From Alphaproteobacteria bacterium (GTDB lineage Bacteria; Pseudomonadota; Alphaproteobacteria; UBA828): a stretch of 64,000 nt of DNA. The stretch spans positions 24,547 through 88,546 of the forward strand of contig CAXXMU010000006.1 in the NCBI GenBank assembly GCA_963667785.2, in the 5' to 3' direction. The position numbers and the translations under genes are program-made. The notes below the pieces were generated by a model. It was not told the origin of the DNA. It worked only from the letters and a program-made list of their open reading frames with translations, and did not search any database. Numbering within the stretch: the first letter of the stretch is position 1; each line of letters starts with the position of its first letter. Shown piece by piece: positions 54,639-64,000 of the stretch.

Positions 54639-55298
54639 ATGGCGCTGAGAATTGGCGACGAAGCACCCAACTTCACGGCGGAGACCACCGAAGGATCGAT
54701 CGACTTCCACGACTGGATCGGCGACGGCTGGGCGATTCTCTTCTCCCATCCCAAGGACTTCACGCCGGTCTGCACCACCGAGCTCGGCTACATGGCCGGC
54801 CTCAAGTCGGAGTTCGAGAAGCGGAACTGCAAGGTCCTCGGGCTCAGCGTCGACGGCGTGAGCGACCACCGCGCGTGGTCGAAGGACATCGAGGAGACCC
54901 AGGGCCACGCGGTCAACTATCCGCTGATCGGCGACCCGGAGCTGAAGATCGCGACCCTCTACGAGATGCTGCCGGCTGGCGCGGGCACCACGTCCGAGGG
55001 GCGCACGGCGGTGGACAACCTCACCGTCCGCACCGTCTTCCTCGTCGGCCCGGACAAGAAGATCAAGCTCTCCCTCACCTACCCCATGAGCACCGGCCGC
55101 AACTTCGACGAGGTGCTGCGGGTGCTCGATTCCTGCCAGCTCACGGCGAAGCACAAGGTGGCGACGCCGGTGAACTGGAAGCAGGGCGAGGACGTGATCA
55201 TCGTGCCGGCGGTCTCCGACGAGGACGCGAGGAAGGCCTTCCCCGGCGGCTGGAAGGCGCCCAAGCCCTATCTCCGGATCGTGCCGCAGCCCGAGTAG
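54639..55298 (+). CDS. Peroxiredoxin, 1-Cys (Prx6-like)
   Basis: 219 aa from ATG 54639: MALRIGDEAPNF.A.TT.G.I.FH.W.GD.W..LFSHP.DFTPVCTTE. Confidence 0.9.
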   Translation: MALRIGDEAPNFTAETTEGSIDFHDWIGDGWAILFSHPKDFTPVCTTELGYMAGLKSEFEKRNCKVLGLSVDGVSDHRAWSKDIEETQGHAVNYPLIGDPELKIATLYEMLPAGAGTTSEGRTAVDNLTVRTVFLVGPDKKIKLSLTYPMSTGRNFDEVLRVLDSCQLTAKHKVATPVNWKQGEDVIIVPAVSDEDARKAFPGGWKAPKPYLRIVPQPE

Positions 55299-55313
55299 GA
55301 GCGTAACCGGGTG

Positions 55314-56159
55314 TCACGCCGCGCCCTCCGCGCCGCGCGGCACCCGGTCCTCGATGGCGAGCGGCGCCAGCGCCGCGCGCACGCGCACGAGGGCGGCGGC
55401 AAGGGTCGCCGCCCAGGCCTCCGCGCCCGCCCGCTCGCCGATCAGGTCCTGGCGCAGCTCGATCTCGATGTGCGGCAGGCCGCGGCCCTGGCCGTGCACC
55501 GGTATGGAGTAGTCCGACGGGCCGACGATGGCGTAGGGCTCGTTGTCGCCGACGGTGAGCCCCGGACGGAGCGCGCAGAGAGCCTCCCTCAGCGGCTCCA
55601 CCAGCCGGTCGTCGTGCTCGTAGAGGAGTCCCACCTTCCACGGCCGGGCGACGCCGCCGAACACCGGCGTGAAGCTGTGGACCGCCACCAGCATCGGCAC
55701 CGCGCCCGCCGCCACCGCGCGATCGAGGCAGGCGGCGATAGCGTCGTGATAGGGGCGGAAGAACGCCTCCGTCCGCGCCGCGGCCTCCTCCGGCGAGATC
55801 GCCCGGTTGGCGGGCACGGCCGTGCCGTCGCTCACCGCGGGCATGGCGGTGGGGCTGCCGGGCGGGCGGTTGCAGTCGACCACCAGGCGCGAATAGCCCG
55901 AGAGGAAGGCCGGCGCGTCGAGCCGGGCGCTGAGGGAGTCGGTGACCGTCGCCGCGCCGATGTCCCAGCCGATATGGCGGTCGAGCTCCGCCTGCTCGAG
56001 GCCGAGGCGCCTCATGTGGGCCGGCACCGCGTTGCTCGCGTGGTCGCACACCAGCACGAAGCGGGGGGCAGGGCGGTCGGGCCCGATGCGGGAGAAGGGC
56101 GGCGGATCGGCGCTCGTGAGCCGCGTCGGGTGGAACCAGGCCGTCGCAGGCGCGCTCAC
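55314..56159 (-). CDS. N-formylglutamate amidohydrolase family protein
   Basis: 281 aa from GTG 56159, with a GTGA overlap on the rnd stop. Motifs: VLVCDHASN.VP, SRLV.D.NR and VAVHSFTP. Confidence 0.8.
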   Translation of the reverse strand: MSAPATAWFHPTRLTSADPPPFSRIGPDRPAPRFVLVCDHASNAVPAHMRRLGLEQAELDRHIGWDIGAATVTDSLSARLDAPAFLSGYSRLVVDCNRPPGSPTAMPAVSDGTAVPANRAISPEEAAARTEAFFRPYHDAIAACLDRAVAAGAVPMLVAVHSFTPVFGGVARPWKVGLLYEHDDRLVEPLREALCALRPGLTVGDNEPYAIVGPSDYSIPVHGQGRGLPHIEIELRQDLIGERAGAEAWAATLAAALVRVRAALAPLAIEDRVPRGAEGAA

Positions 56160-57367
56160 GGGCGCTCCGCGGCGTCCCTGCGGTTGGCGCCACCACCCCC
56201 CGCGCCGTCGCAGGGGAGCAGACGCAGCGTGCCCCCTTCCACCGAGAGCGCGAGGCGCCCGTTCACCAGGTCGAGCGCGGCGTCGCCGAAGAGGGTGCGG
56301 CGCCAGCCCTGCAGCGCCGGCACGTCCGCCATCGCCCCGCGCGCGATCCGCTCCAGGTCGTCGGCGCTCGCGATCAGCTTGCGCGCCACGCCGCTCTCCT
56401 CGCTCTTGAAGGCGAGCAGCACCTTGAGCAGGTCGGTGAGGGCGCCGGGGGGCGCGGGCCCGTCGGGCTTGGACGGCGGGCGCGGGCACGCGTCGTCGGG
56501 GAGCGCGAGCGCGCGCTTGACCGCATCGAGGACGGCCGCGCCGGTGGCGCCCTCGGCGGTGCGCTGGCTCACCGAGCGCAGCTTGGCGAGCTCGGCCACC
56601 GTGCGCGGGCGCTGCGCCGCGATCTCGCTCAGCGCGGTGTCCTTCAGCACCCAGGCGCGCGGCTTGTCGCGACGCGCCGCCTCGACCTCGCGCCAGGCCG
56701 CGAGCTCGCGCAGCACCGCGAGGAAGCGCCGGTTGCCGCCCCGCACCTTGATCCGCCGCCACGCCTCCTCGGGCGGCGCCTCGTAGGTGGCGCGGTCGGT
56801 GAGCACCGCGAGCTCCTCGTCGAGCCAGGAGCGCCGCCCGGTGCGCTCCAGCTCCGCCGCGAGCTTCTCGTAGACGACGCGCAGGTGGCTCACGTCGGAG
56901 AGCGCGTAGCGCAACTGGCGCTCCGTCAGCGGCCGGCGCGACCAGTCGGTGAAGCGCTGGGTCTTGTCGATGCGCCCGCGCGCCAGCTTCGCCACCAGCG
57001 TCTCGTAGCCGACCGAGTCGCCGAAGCCGCAGACCATGGCCGCGATCTGCGTGTCGAAGAGGGGGCCGGGAATCCCGCCGGCGAGCGGCAGCAGCACTTC
57101 GACGTCCTGCCGCGCGGCGTGAAAGACCTTGAGCACCGGCGCCCGCGCCAGGAGGTCGTAGAGGGGGCCGAGGTCGATGCCGTCGGCGAGCGGGTCCACC
57201 GCCACCGGCTCGCCCTCGGGCGGGCCGATCTGCAGCAGGCAAAGGCGGGCGCGATAGGTGTTCTCGCGCATGAACTCGGTATCGACGGTGAGGAAGTCCG
57301 CCTCGCGCCAGGCCGTGCAGAGGGCGGCCAGCGCCCCGCTCTCGGTGATCAGCCGGGGCTCGCTCAC
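56156..57367 (-). CDS. rnd: Ribonuclease D
   Basis: 403 aa from GTG 57367 with a DEDD 3'-5' exonuclease region (FLTVDTEFMRE.TY...LCLLQI, KVFHAARQD.E) and an HRDC-like region. The start is moderately uncertain. Confidence 0.85.
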   Translation of the reverse strand: MSEPRLITESGALAALCTAWREADFLTVDTEFMRENTYRARLCLLQIGPPEGEPVAVDPLADGIDLGPLYDLLARAPVLKVFHAARQDVEVLLPLAGGIPGPLFDTQIAAMVCGFGDSVGYETLVAKLARGRIDKTQRFTDWSRRPLTERQLRYALSDVSHLRVVYEKLAAELERTGRRSWLDEELAVLTDRATYEAPPEEAWRRIKVRGGNRRFLAVLRELAAWREVEAARRDKPRAWVLKDTALSEIAAQRPRTVAELAKLRSVSQRTAEGATGAAVLDAVKRALALPDDACPRPPSKPDGPAPPGALTDLLKVLLAFKSEESGVARKLIASADDLERIARGAMADVPALQGWRRTLFGDAALDLVNGRLALSVEGGTLRLLPCDGAGGGGANRRDAAERP

Positions 57368-57386
57368 GGTGTGCCGCGGGCCGCTC

Positions 57387-58577
57387 TCAGGCGGCCGCCA
57401 CCCGGTCCAACCGGGCGGCGTCGCGGCCTGCCGCTGTGAGCGCCGCGCTCCGGCCGGTGCCGGTGATCCAGCCGCCGCCCAGCATCCGCTCCGCGTCGTA
57501 GAGAACGCAGGCCTGGCCCGGCGCGGTCGCGGGCTCCGGCTCCTCCAGCACGACCTCGGCGCCGCCGTCGGCGCTCGCGCGCAGCAGCGCCGGCGCGCCG
57601 GGATGGCCGGAGCGGAGCCGCGCCACCACCGACCGCTCCTCGCCGGGCGCCGGCGGATCGCCGCCGATCCAGGCGAGCGGGCCGGTGAAGACGCGGTCGC
57701 GCAGCAGCGCCTCATGCGGGCCGACGACCACCTCGCGGCGCGCGGCGTCGACCGAGAGCACATAGAGCGGCGCGGGCCCCGCGATGCCGAGACCGCGCCG
57801 CTGGCCCACGGTGAAGTGGATGATGCCCTCGTGGCGGCCGAGCACGCGGCCCTCCTCGTCCACGATGGCGCCGGGCTCGGCGGCGCCGGGGCGGAGCCGC
57901 TCGATCACGCCGGCATAGCGGCCTGCGGGCACGAAGCAGATGTCCTGGCTGTCGGGCTTGCCCGCGACCGCGAGGCCGAGGCGCGAGGCCTCCGCCCGCA
58001 CCCGCTCCTTGGCGAGGTCGCCGAGGGGGAAGCGCAGGAACTCGAGCTGCGCCGGGGTGGTGGCGAAGAGGAAGTAGCTCTGGTCCCTGCCGCGATCGAC
58101 CGCCCGGTGCAGCTCGGGTCCGGCCTTGCCCGCGATGCGCCGCGCATAGTGGCCGGTGGCGAGGGCGTCGGCGCCGAGATCGCGGGCGAGCGCCAGCAGG
58201 TCGCGGAACTTGACGCGCTCGTTGCAGCGCACGCAGGGGATGGGCGTCTCGCCGCGCAGGTAGGAATCGGCGAAGTCCTCGATCACCGCCTCGCGGAAGC
58301 GCGCCTCGTAGTCGAGGACGTAGTGGCGGATGCCGAGCCGGTCGGCGACCCGGCGGGCGTCGTAGATGTCCTGGCCGGCGCAGCAGGCGCCGGGCCGGGC
58401 GCGCGGCGCGGCGTCGGCATAGAGCCGGAGCGTGATGCCGACGACCTCGTAGCCCGCCTCGGCGAGCAGGGCCGCGGTGACCGACGAATCGACGCCGCCG
58501 GACATCGCCACCGCGACGCGCGTCTCGCGCCGCGGCCGGGCGATGCCGAGGTCAAGGTCGAGGCTGGATGAGGACAT
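57387..58577 (-). CDS. mnmA: tRNA 2-thiouridine(34) synthase MnmA
   Basis: 396 aa from ATG 58577: [13 protein letters not shown] (PP-loop), CC...D...A..VA..LGI.HYV.D, IPCVRCN and DQSYFL. Confidence 0.9.
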   Translation of the reverse strand: MSSSSLDLDLGIARPRRETRVAVAMSGGVDSSVTAALLAEAGYEVVGITLRLYADAAPRARPGACCAGQDIYDARRVADRLGIRHYVLDYEARFREAVIEDFADSYLRGETPIPCVRCNERVKFRDLLALARDLGADALATGHYARRIAGKAGPELHRAVDRGRDQSYFLFATTPAQLEFLRFPLGDLAKERVRAEASRLGLAVAGKPDSQDICFVPAGRYAGVIERLRPGAAEPGAIVDEEGRVLGRHEGIIHFTVGQRRGLGIAGPAPLYVLSVDAARREVVVGPHEALLRDRVFTGPLAWIGGDPPAPGEERSVVARLRSGHPGAPALLRASADGGAEVVLEEPEPATAPGQACVLYDAERMLGGGWITGTGRSAALTAAGRDAARLDRVAAA

Positions 58578-58654
58578 GGCGCGCACTATAGGCGCGCGCC
58601 GGAGCGGCGCAAGACGCGCGCGGGCGGCGCGCGGCCGGGCGGCGGGGCCGCGAA

Positions 58655-58719
58655 GCGGCACAGACCCCAATTAATTTGTTAGGCGGCACAATCCGGCACA
58701 AAGCGGCACGAAGTGGCAC
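58655..58719 (-). repeat. Array of direct GTGCCGS-type heptamers downstream of paralog 2
   Basis: On the + strand: GCGGCAC 58683, CCGGCAC 58693, GCGGCAC 58703, GTGGCAC 58713, with exact 10-bp phasing, plus GCGGCAC at 58655. The orientation relative to the gene is the same as for paralog 1. Confidence 0.5.
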
Positions 58720-58734
58720 AGTGCAGGGCGGGCA

Positions 58735-59322
58735 TCACCAATACACCTCCTCGCCCTGCTCGCGCCGCAGCTGAAGCCCGAACTCTCCCTCGACGGCCTT
58801 GCGGATGGTGGCGACCGCCTCCGGTGTGAGGGGCTTCAGCTTCTTGCCGCCGGCGGCACGGGCGGCTTCCTTCGCCGCGTGTTCCCGTGCGACGCGGGTC
58901 TGATCGGCGCTTTCGAGGCGACGCACCACGAGCGCGAGGCGGGCGATCTCCTCCGTCGGCACCGCGTCCTCCCTCTCACCGAGATCGGCCAGGGAGCGCA
59001 GCACCAGCGACCGCACGGCCTCGATCACGGGCGCGCTCGCGCCGCCCTCGACACGCTCGGCCAGCGTCCGAACCCATCCCTCCGCCATGCGGTCGGCCTC
59101 GTGCTGCAAGCGGATCAGGCCGCGCAGCCGCCTGGCATAGCGCGCGATGGCCGAGCGCGAGCAGGTGCCGCCCTCGGCGCGGATGAGGGCCGCGATCTCG
59201 GTAAGGGTGGCGCCGTCGGCGATCGCCGTGTCGACAGTCTCGCGCAGCGCGGGCGGCAGCCGCTCGAGCGACGAGCGCCTGCCCCTCCTGACCGGCTTTG
59301 CCCAATCGCTCGTGTTCGTCAT
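58735..59322 (-). CDS. Mu gp27-like (DUF3486) protein, paralog 2
   Basis: 195 aa from ATG 59322: MTNTSDWAKPVRRGRRSSLERLPPALRETVDTAIADGATLTEIAALIRAEGGTCSRSAIARYARRLR. The N-terminal half is clearly paralogous to 31043..31600. Confidence 0.7.
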   Translation of the reverse strand: MTNTSDWAKPVRRGRRSSLERLPPALRETVDTAIADGATLTEIAALIRAEGGTCSRSAIARYARRLRGLIRLQHEADRMAEGWVRTLAERVEGGASAPVIEAVRSLVLRSLADLGEREDAVPTEEIARLALVVRRLESADQTRVAREHAAKEAARAAGGKKLKPLTPEAVATIRKAVEGEFGLQLRREQGEEVYW

Positions 59323-59357
59323 GGCGCCACCCTGGCACCCGCGCCAGGCGCCGTGAA

Positions 59358-59373
59358 CCGCACCATGGTCCGG
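59358..59373. promoter_or_regulatory. Imperfect 16-bp palindrome (CCGCACCATGGTCCGG on the + strand) in the leader of paralog 2
   Basis: Reverse complement of the motif at 30992..31007, at the same distance from the start codon. Confidence 0.3.
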
Positions 59374-59414
59374 GGTCACCCCGGCCGTGACGTGAAAGGG
59401 GCCCGCGTGCGGCC

Positions 59415-60098
59415 TCAGGCCCCGGCCGCGTCGAGGCCGGCCTGCCAGAACGCGGTCTCCAGCCGCGTCGCGGCGCGGAAGGTGCCGGCGAGCGCGCCGA
59501 GGCGGGCCTGCCCGCCGCGCCGGGCCGCGAGCGCCTCGAGGGCGTCGACCTCCGCCCGGGCCAGCGCCTGGTATTCGCTTCCGGCATACATCTCGATCCA
59601 GGGCGCATAGAGATTGCCGTCCGTGCGGGTGGCGGGGTCGGCGGCGAGGCGCGCGCCGATCTCGCCATAGCCGACGACGCAGGGCGCGAGCGCCACCCGC
59701 AGGTCCAGCAGGTCGCCCGCGAGCCCGCGCTCCAGCACGTAGGAGGTATAGGCCAGCGTAGCGCCGTCGGCCTCGACCGCTTCGAGCGCTGCCTCGTCCA
59801 GCCCCCACTCGGCGCAGTAGGCGCGGTGCAGGTCCATCTCGACCTCGACGAGGGCCTTGAGGCCGGCCGAGGCCTCCCGGATCTCGGCCAGGCTGTCCGC
59901 CTTGTAGGCGGCGAGCCCGTAGGCGCGGGCGAACTGGATCAGGAAGAGGTAGTCCTGCACCAGGTAGTGGCGGAACGCGGCCTCCGGCAGGCTGCCGTCG
60001 GCGAGGCCCCGGACGAAGGGATGCTCGACATAGGCGCGCCACGCCTCGCCCGCGGCCTCGCGCAGGCCTGCGAAGAATCCCGCGTCGCCCGCCTGCAT
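59415..60098 (-). CDS. tenA: TenA family protein (thiaminase II / aminopyrimidine aminohydrolase-like)
   Basis: 227 aa from ATG 60098: HPFVRGLADGSLPEAAFRHYLVQDYLFL..FARAY and PC..GY.EIG. Confidence 0.8.
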   Translation of the reverse strand: MQAGDAGFFAGLREAAGEAWRAYVEHPFVRGLADGSLPEAAFRHYLVQDYLFLIQFARAYGLAAYKADSLAEIREASAGLKALVEVEMDLHRAYCAEWGLDEAALEAVEADGATLAYTSYVLERGLAGDLLDLRVALAPCVVGYGEIGARLAADPATRTDGNLYAPWIEMYAGSEYQALARAEVDALEALAARRGGQARLGALAGTFRAATRLETAFWQAGLDAAGA

Positions 60099-60145
60099 CG
60101 CCGTCCCTCCTCGCACATCTCTTTGGGGGCCGGGCGCGGGGCCCG

Positions 60146-60463
60146 TCACATCATGTTGCTGGTCTCTTCCGGCAGCGTCACCACCAGCCCGTCGAGCGCC
60201 TCGGTGATGACGATCTGGCAGCCGAGCCGCGAGGTGCGCGTGAGGCCGAGGGCGAGGTCGAGCATGTCCTCCTCGTCCTCGCACATCTCCGCCAGCTTGC
60301 CGAACCAGGCGGGATCGACGATCACGTGGCAGGTGGAGCACGCCATCGCGCCTTCGCACGCGCCCTCGATGTCGATGCCGTGGCGGAAGGCGATGTCCAG
60401 CACCGAATCGCCCAGCGGCGCCTCGACCTCGTGGCGCGTGCCGCAGGCGTCGATGAAGGTCAT
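60146..60463 (-). CDS. fdx: 2Fe-2S ferredoxin (adrenodoxin type)
   Basis: 105 aa from ATG 60463: GACEGAMACSTCHV......L....E.E.DMLD.A.GLT..SRLGCQ. Confidence 0.9.
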   Translation of the reverse strand: MTFIDACGTRHEVEAPLGDSVLDIAFRHGIDIEGACEGAMACSTCHVIVDPAWFGKLAEMCEDEEDMLDLALGLTRTSRLGCQIVITEALDGLVVTLPEETSNMM

Positions 60464-60486
60464 GGAGGGCACGGGCCGGGTGCCGC

Positions 60487-61653
60487 CTATCCTGCAGCGG
60501 CCGAGACGCCGGCCTTCCAGCGGTTGGTGAGGCCGGCGTAGAGCGCCCGCCAGGCGCCGAGGAAGCGCTCGATCTCGTCCCCGGTCGTGGCCCATCCCGT
60601 GCTGACGCGGATGGCGCAGCCGCCGACGGCGTCCGACGCGCCGAGCGCGCGCAGCACGTGGCTCGCCTCGACCCTGCCGGACGAGCAGGCGGAGCCCGCG
60701 CTCACCGCGACGCCGGCGAGATCGAGGCCCATCACCTGGGTCTCGCTCTGCACGCCGGGCATGGTGACGCAGCTCGTGTTGGGCAGGCGCGCGGCGCCTT
60801 CGCTGAAGATGACGACGGCGGGCTCGGTCTCGCGCAGCCGCGCCTCCAGCCGGTCGCGCATGGCGGCGATCTCGCCGGCGCGCGCGAGGTCGTCATGGGC
60901 GAGCTGCGCCGCCCGGCCGAAGCCGACGATGCCGGCGGCGTTCTCCGTGCCGCCGCGCAGGCCCCGCTCCTGCCCGCCGCCGGTAACCAGCGGCGCGATC
61001 TCGAGCCCCGCCCGCACCACCAGCGCGCCGATCCCCTTGGGCCCGGCGAACTTGTGGGCGGCGACGCTCATCATGTCGATGCCGAGCCCGGCGAAGGAGA
61101 GCGGAATCCGCCCCGGCGCCTGCACCGCGTCGCAGTGGACCAGCGCACCGGCGGCTCTCGCCCGCGCCGCAATCTCGGCCACCGGCTGGATCACGCCGGT
61201 CTCGTTGTTGGCCAGCATCACCGAGACCAGCGCGTCTGCCCCGTGCGTAGCCAGCGCCGCATCGAGCGCAGCCATGTCGAGCCGGCCCTCGCCGTCCACC
61301 GGCAGGACCACGAGCTCGTCGGCGCAGGCCTCGGCGGTACGCAGCACGGCCGGATGCTCGATGGCGCTGACGATGAGGGCCCGCCGGCCGGCGCCCCGGA
61401 GTGCGGTGTTGTTGGCCTCGGTGCCGCCTGCGGTGAAGACCAGCTCGGGCGGGGCGCAGCCCAGCAGCGCCGCGATCTCCTCGCGGGCGTCCTCGATGCG
61501 CTTGCGCACGTCGCGGCCGAAGCCGTGCACCGACGACGGGTTGCCGGCGAGCGCGAGCGCGTCCGCCACGGCCTCCACCACTGCGGGCTTCGCCGGCGCG
61601 GTGGCGTTGTAGTCGAGATAGATGGGGCCTGAGTCGCTCATCGCAGCGCTCAT
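60487..61653 (-). CDS. Cysteine desulfurase (class V aminotransferase, NifS/IscS family)
   Basis: 388 aa: IYLDYNATAP, FT.GGTE.NN, S.AAHKF.GPKG.G (PLP lysine) and SAGSACSSG (catalytic Cys loop). Confidence 0.9.
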   Translation of the reverse strand: MSAAMSDSGPIYLDYNATAPAKPAVVEAVADALALAGNPSSVHGFGRDVRKRIEDAREEIAALLGCAPPELVFTAGGTEANNTALRGAGRRALIVSAIEHPAVLRTAEACADELVVLPVDGEGRLDMAALDAALATHGADALVSVMLANNETGVIQPVAEIAARARAAGALVHCDAVQAPGRIPLSFAGLGIDMMSVAAHKFAGPKGIGALVVRAGLEIAPLVTGGGQERGLRGGTENAAGIVGFGRAAQLAHDDLARAGEIAAMRDRLEARLRETEPAVVIFSEGAARLPNTSCVTMPGVQSETQVMGLDLAGVAVSAGSACSSGRVEASHVLRALGASDAVGGCAIRVSTGWATTGDEIERFLGAWRALYAGLTNRWKAGVSAAAG

Positions 61654-62138
61654 TCCGCCGCCTGCTCCGCCAACACGTGCGCGCCGCCGCGGCTGAGCCT
61701 GCCGCTCATGCCGAGAACCCGGCCGGCGCAGACGTCCTCGAGCGAGACGGCGTCGAGAAACTGGTGGATGTGGATGCCGAGCTCGTCCCAGAGATCGTGG
61801 GTGATGCAGCGGCTCGCGTCCTTCATGCAGCCGCTCTGGGCATCCGGCGGGCAGCGCGTGGCGCGCAGGTTCTCGTCGACCGCGACGACGATGTCGGCGA
61901 TCCTGAGCTCCGCCGCAGGCCGCGCCAGGCGATAGCCGCCGCCCGGCCCGCGCGCGCTCCGCACCAGCCCCGCCCGGCGCAGGCGGCCGAAGAGCTGCTC
62001 CAGATAGGACTGCGAAATCTCTTGGCCGGCCGCGATCTCGGCAAGGGTGACGGGCCGGGCCCGGTCCGAGCCGCCGCTGCGGAGCGCGAGCTCCGCCATC
62101 GCCATGACCGCGTAGCGGCCCTTCGTGCCGAGCTTCAC
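61650..62138 (-). CDS. Rrf2 family transcriptional regulator (IscR-like)
   Basis: 162 aa from GTG 62138: (M)KLGTKGRYAVMAMAELA......PV.L.EIA..Q.IS..YLEQLF..LRRAGLV.S.RGPGGGY.LA, with Cys residues (C..C.....C) for a cluster. Its stop overlaps the start of the desulfurase gene (ATGA). Confidence 0.85.
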   Translation of the reverse strand: MKLGTKGRYAVMAMAELALRSGGSDRARPVTLAEIAAGQEISQSYLEQLFGRLRRAGLVRSARGPGGGYRLARPAAELRIADIVVAVDENLRATRCPPDAQSGCMKDASRCITHDLWDELGIHIHQFLDAVSLEDVCAGRVLGMSGRLSRGGAHVLAEQAAE

Positions 62139-62160
62139 AGGATGGCTCCGCCGGCGGCGC

Positions 62161-62432
62161 CTAGCCCGCAATTCTCACCATGGTCACGGCCTGCGTCGCG
62201 TCCAGGCGTTCGATCCGCCAGGAGCGGGCCGAAAAGCGTAGCGGGGACTACGGTTGAGGCCCGCGACGCCGCGGGCGGACGCCTGGGCGCGACCCGAAGG
62301 GCGGCGCTCTCCGGCCGACAGTGTGCGTCGAGACGCTTGCCCGATGTACCCGCATCGCGCTGCGCGCCTCTCCTACCCTGTCGGCCGGACGGCGCCGCGC
62401 AGACCATGACCATGGTGAGAAATGCGGGCCTA
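62161..62432. mobile_element. MITE-like element: 22-bp terminal inverted repeats (21/22 match) flanked by a CTA direct duplication
   Basis: Left TIR GCCCGCAATTCTCACCATGGTC (62164-62185). Right TIR GACCATGGTGAGAAATGCGGGC (62408-62429). CTA occurs at 62161-62163 and 62430-62432. The right CTA is the complement of the cysE TAG stop. There is no convincing internal ORF. Confidence 0.45.
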
Positions 62433-63218
62433 ACCGCTCGCGGCGCGGCGGCCGAGCGGCGTGGCGGACTCGGCGGCCTCGCCGGCCCCGTCGCCCGCCG
62501 TCTCTCCCCCGGCCTCGCCGTCCGCGCCGGCTGCCGGCGCGGCCGGCTCCTGCGGGGCGGCGACGGGGCGCTCCAGCTCGTCCACGCGCGTCCGCAGCGC
62601 CTCGACCTCGGCCAGCAGGCGGTCGACGGCGCGGGTCGTGGGGTCCGCGATGTCGGGGGACGGCGTGCCGTAGGCGTCGAAGCTGGAGGCGTCCGTCTTC
62701 GCCGCGGTGGGCCCCGCCGCCCGCGCCGGAATGCCGACCATGGTGGCGCCGGGCGGCACGTCCTTCAGCACCACGGCGTTGGCGCCGATGCGCGCGTCGC
62801 GCCCCACGGTGATCGGCCCCAGCACCTGGGCGCCCGCGCCGATGACCACGCCGTTGCCCAGCGTCGGATGCCGCTTGCCGGGCGACCAGGTGACGCCGCC
62901 GAGCGTGACCTGGTGATAGAGCGTCACGTCGTCGCCGATCACCGAGGTCTCGCCGATGACCACGCCCATGCCGTGGTCGATGAAGAGGCGGCGGCCGATC
63001 TGCGCGCCGGGATGGATCTCGATGCCCGTAAGCACGCGGCCGACATGGGAGACGAAGCGGCCGAGCAGCTTGAACCCGCTTTCCCACAGCCGGTGCGCCA
63101 CATGGTAGAAGAGCAGCGCGTGGAAGCCGGGATAGCAGAAAAACACCTCGATCCGGGAGCGAACGGCCGGGTCGCGGCCGAACACGCAGCCGATATCTTC
63201 CCAAATACGCTTGAACAT
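62430..63218 (-). CDS. cysE: Serine O-acetyltransferase
   Basis: 262 aa: [36 protein letters not shown]. An acidic/Ala-rich C-terminal tail is present. Confidence 0.9.
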   Translation of the reverse strand: MFKRIWEDIGCVFGRDPAVRSRIEVFFCYPGFHALLFYHVAHRLWESGFKLLGRFVSHVGRVLTGIEIHPGAQIGRRLFIDHGMGVVIGETSVIGDDVTLYHQVTLGGVTWSPGKRHPTLGNGVVIGAGAQVLGPITVGRDARIGANAVVLKDVPPGATMVGIPARAAGPTAAKTDASSFDAYGTPSPDIADPTTRAVDRLLAEVEALRTRVDELERPVAAPQEPAAPAAGADGEAGGETAGDGAGEAAESATPLGRRAASG

Positions 63219-63424
63219 GGCGCTGCCGTCCGTATATCAATGGCCGGCGCAGGGCGCCGCCGCGGGCCGGTCATCCCGGGTGTTCGACGGGATATAGAGT
63301 TCCCGACTCCCGGGGTCAAGTATATGCGCAGCGCCCGGCGCGCCGCGGCGGAGGCTCGCCTCCCGCCATGCTATCGTCTGCGCCAGGATTCCGTGCCGAA
63401 GCGCCCCGAAACCGTGTCTTGCCC

Positions 63425-64000
63425 ATGCCGGAAGTGATGATCAGCGGGCCCGAGGGCCGTCTCCAGGCGCGCTACAACCAGGCCGAGGATCCGCGCGCGC
63501 CCATCGCGCTCATGCTGCACCCGCACCCGCAGCACGGCGGCACGATGAACAACAAGATCGTCCACGCGCTCTACCACACCTTCCGCCGCCAGTCGTTCTC
63601 GGTCATCCGGTTCAACTTCCGCGGCGTCGGCCGCTCGCAGGGCGAGTACGACCACGGGCAGGGCGAGCTGAGCGACGCCGCCGCCGTGCTCGACTGGCTG
63701 CAGATCCAGAACCCGGGGGCCGACCGCTGCTGGATCGCCGGCTTCTCCTTCGGCGCCTGGATCGCCATGCAGCTCCTCATGCGCCGGCCGGAGATCGAGG
63801 GCTTCGTCGCGGTCTCGCCGCCGGCCAACAAGTTCGACTTCACCTTCCTCGCGCCGTGCCCGTCGTCGGGGCTGATCGTCCACGGCGGCGCCGACGAGCT
63901 GGTGCCCGAGCCCGAGGTGGCGGAGCTCGCCGGCCGGCTGCAGAGCCAGCGCCAGATCGAGATCGACTACGACATCATCGAGGGCGCCGGCCACTTCTAC
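63425..64000 (+). CDS. Alpha/beta hydrolase (partial; continues past the window end)
   Basis: Absent from the ORF track (no stop within the window). Manual translation from ATG 63425 gives MPEVMISGPEGRLQARYNQAEDPRAPIALMLHPHPQHGGTMNNKIV...FNFRGVGRSQG...WIAGFSFGAW (GxSxG nucleophile elbow)...VHGGADELVP. The frame stays open to 64000. Confidence 0.7.
   Translation, partial: MPEVMISGPEGRLQARYNQAEDPRAPIALMLHPHPQHGGTMNNKIVHALYHTFRRQSFSVIRFNFRGVGRSQGEYDHGQGELSDAAAVLDWLQIQNPGADRCWIAGFSFGAWIAMQLLMRRPEIEGFVAVSPPANKFDFTFLAPCPSSGLIVHGGADELVPEPEVAELAGRLQSQRQIEIDYDIIEGAGHFY

Overview
Very GC-rich (judged by eye, not computed) chromosomal segment. The gene order looks alphaproteobacterial (ratA/COQ10-like, lipA, lpd, pdhC, pdhB, pdhA, ftsB, eno; aroK-aroB; ccmABC; acnA). 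About 57 protein genes are packed tightly, several joined by GTGA/ATGA start-stop overlaps. I found no rRNA, tRNA or CRISPR. All homology calls are motif and family recognition by eye; no searches were run.

Core content:
- Pyruvate dehydrogenase/lipoate block (4.7-10.5 kb), enolase, and a hydantoinase/oxoprolinase A/B pair.
- glmU-glmS.
- Acyl-CoA dehydrogenase, GT25 glycosyltransferase and CoA-transferase genes.
- rpmE and an ABCB-type exporter.
- xerD, aroK-aroB, a CorC-type transporter and accA.
- ccmABC and aconitase.
- An acyl-CoA synthetase and a DAO-GcvT fusion dehydrogenase.
- Two peroxiredoxins, N-formylglutamate amidohydrolase, rnd and mnmA.
- tenA, ferredoxin, cysteine desulfurase, an Rrf2 regulator and cysE.

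Content worth a second look:
1. A lower-GC single-gene island (17.0-20.2 kb) encodes an 861-aa lipoprotein. It combines a neisserial-style Gly tether, four 78-aa Cys-containing tandem repeats, a metzincin-like HEIGH protease motif and a TbpB/fHbp-type C-terminal barrel signature. No Slam or receptor partner is nearby.
2. A non-flagellar MotA/MotB-like stator pair with unusually long coiled coils (34.3-37.0 kb) lies downstream of a translationally coupled mini-protein / 631-aa secreted protein / xerD unit.
3. Two inverted paralogous Mu gp27-like (DUF3486) genes sit at 31.0 and 59.3 kb. Each has the same conserved leader palindrome and a downstream array of GTGCCGS repeats phased at about 10 bp.
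4. There are three kinds of miniature repeat elements, including a 266-bp MITE-like insertion with 22-bp terminal inverted repeats (TIRs) and a CTA target duplication between cysE and the Rrf2 operon.
5. A nucleotide-sugar dehydrogenase gene is broken by a 1-nt frameshift.
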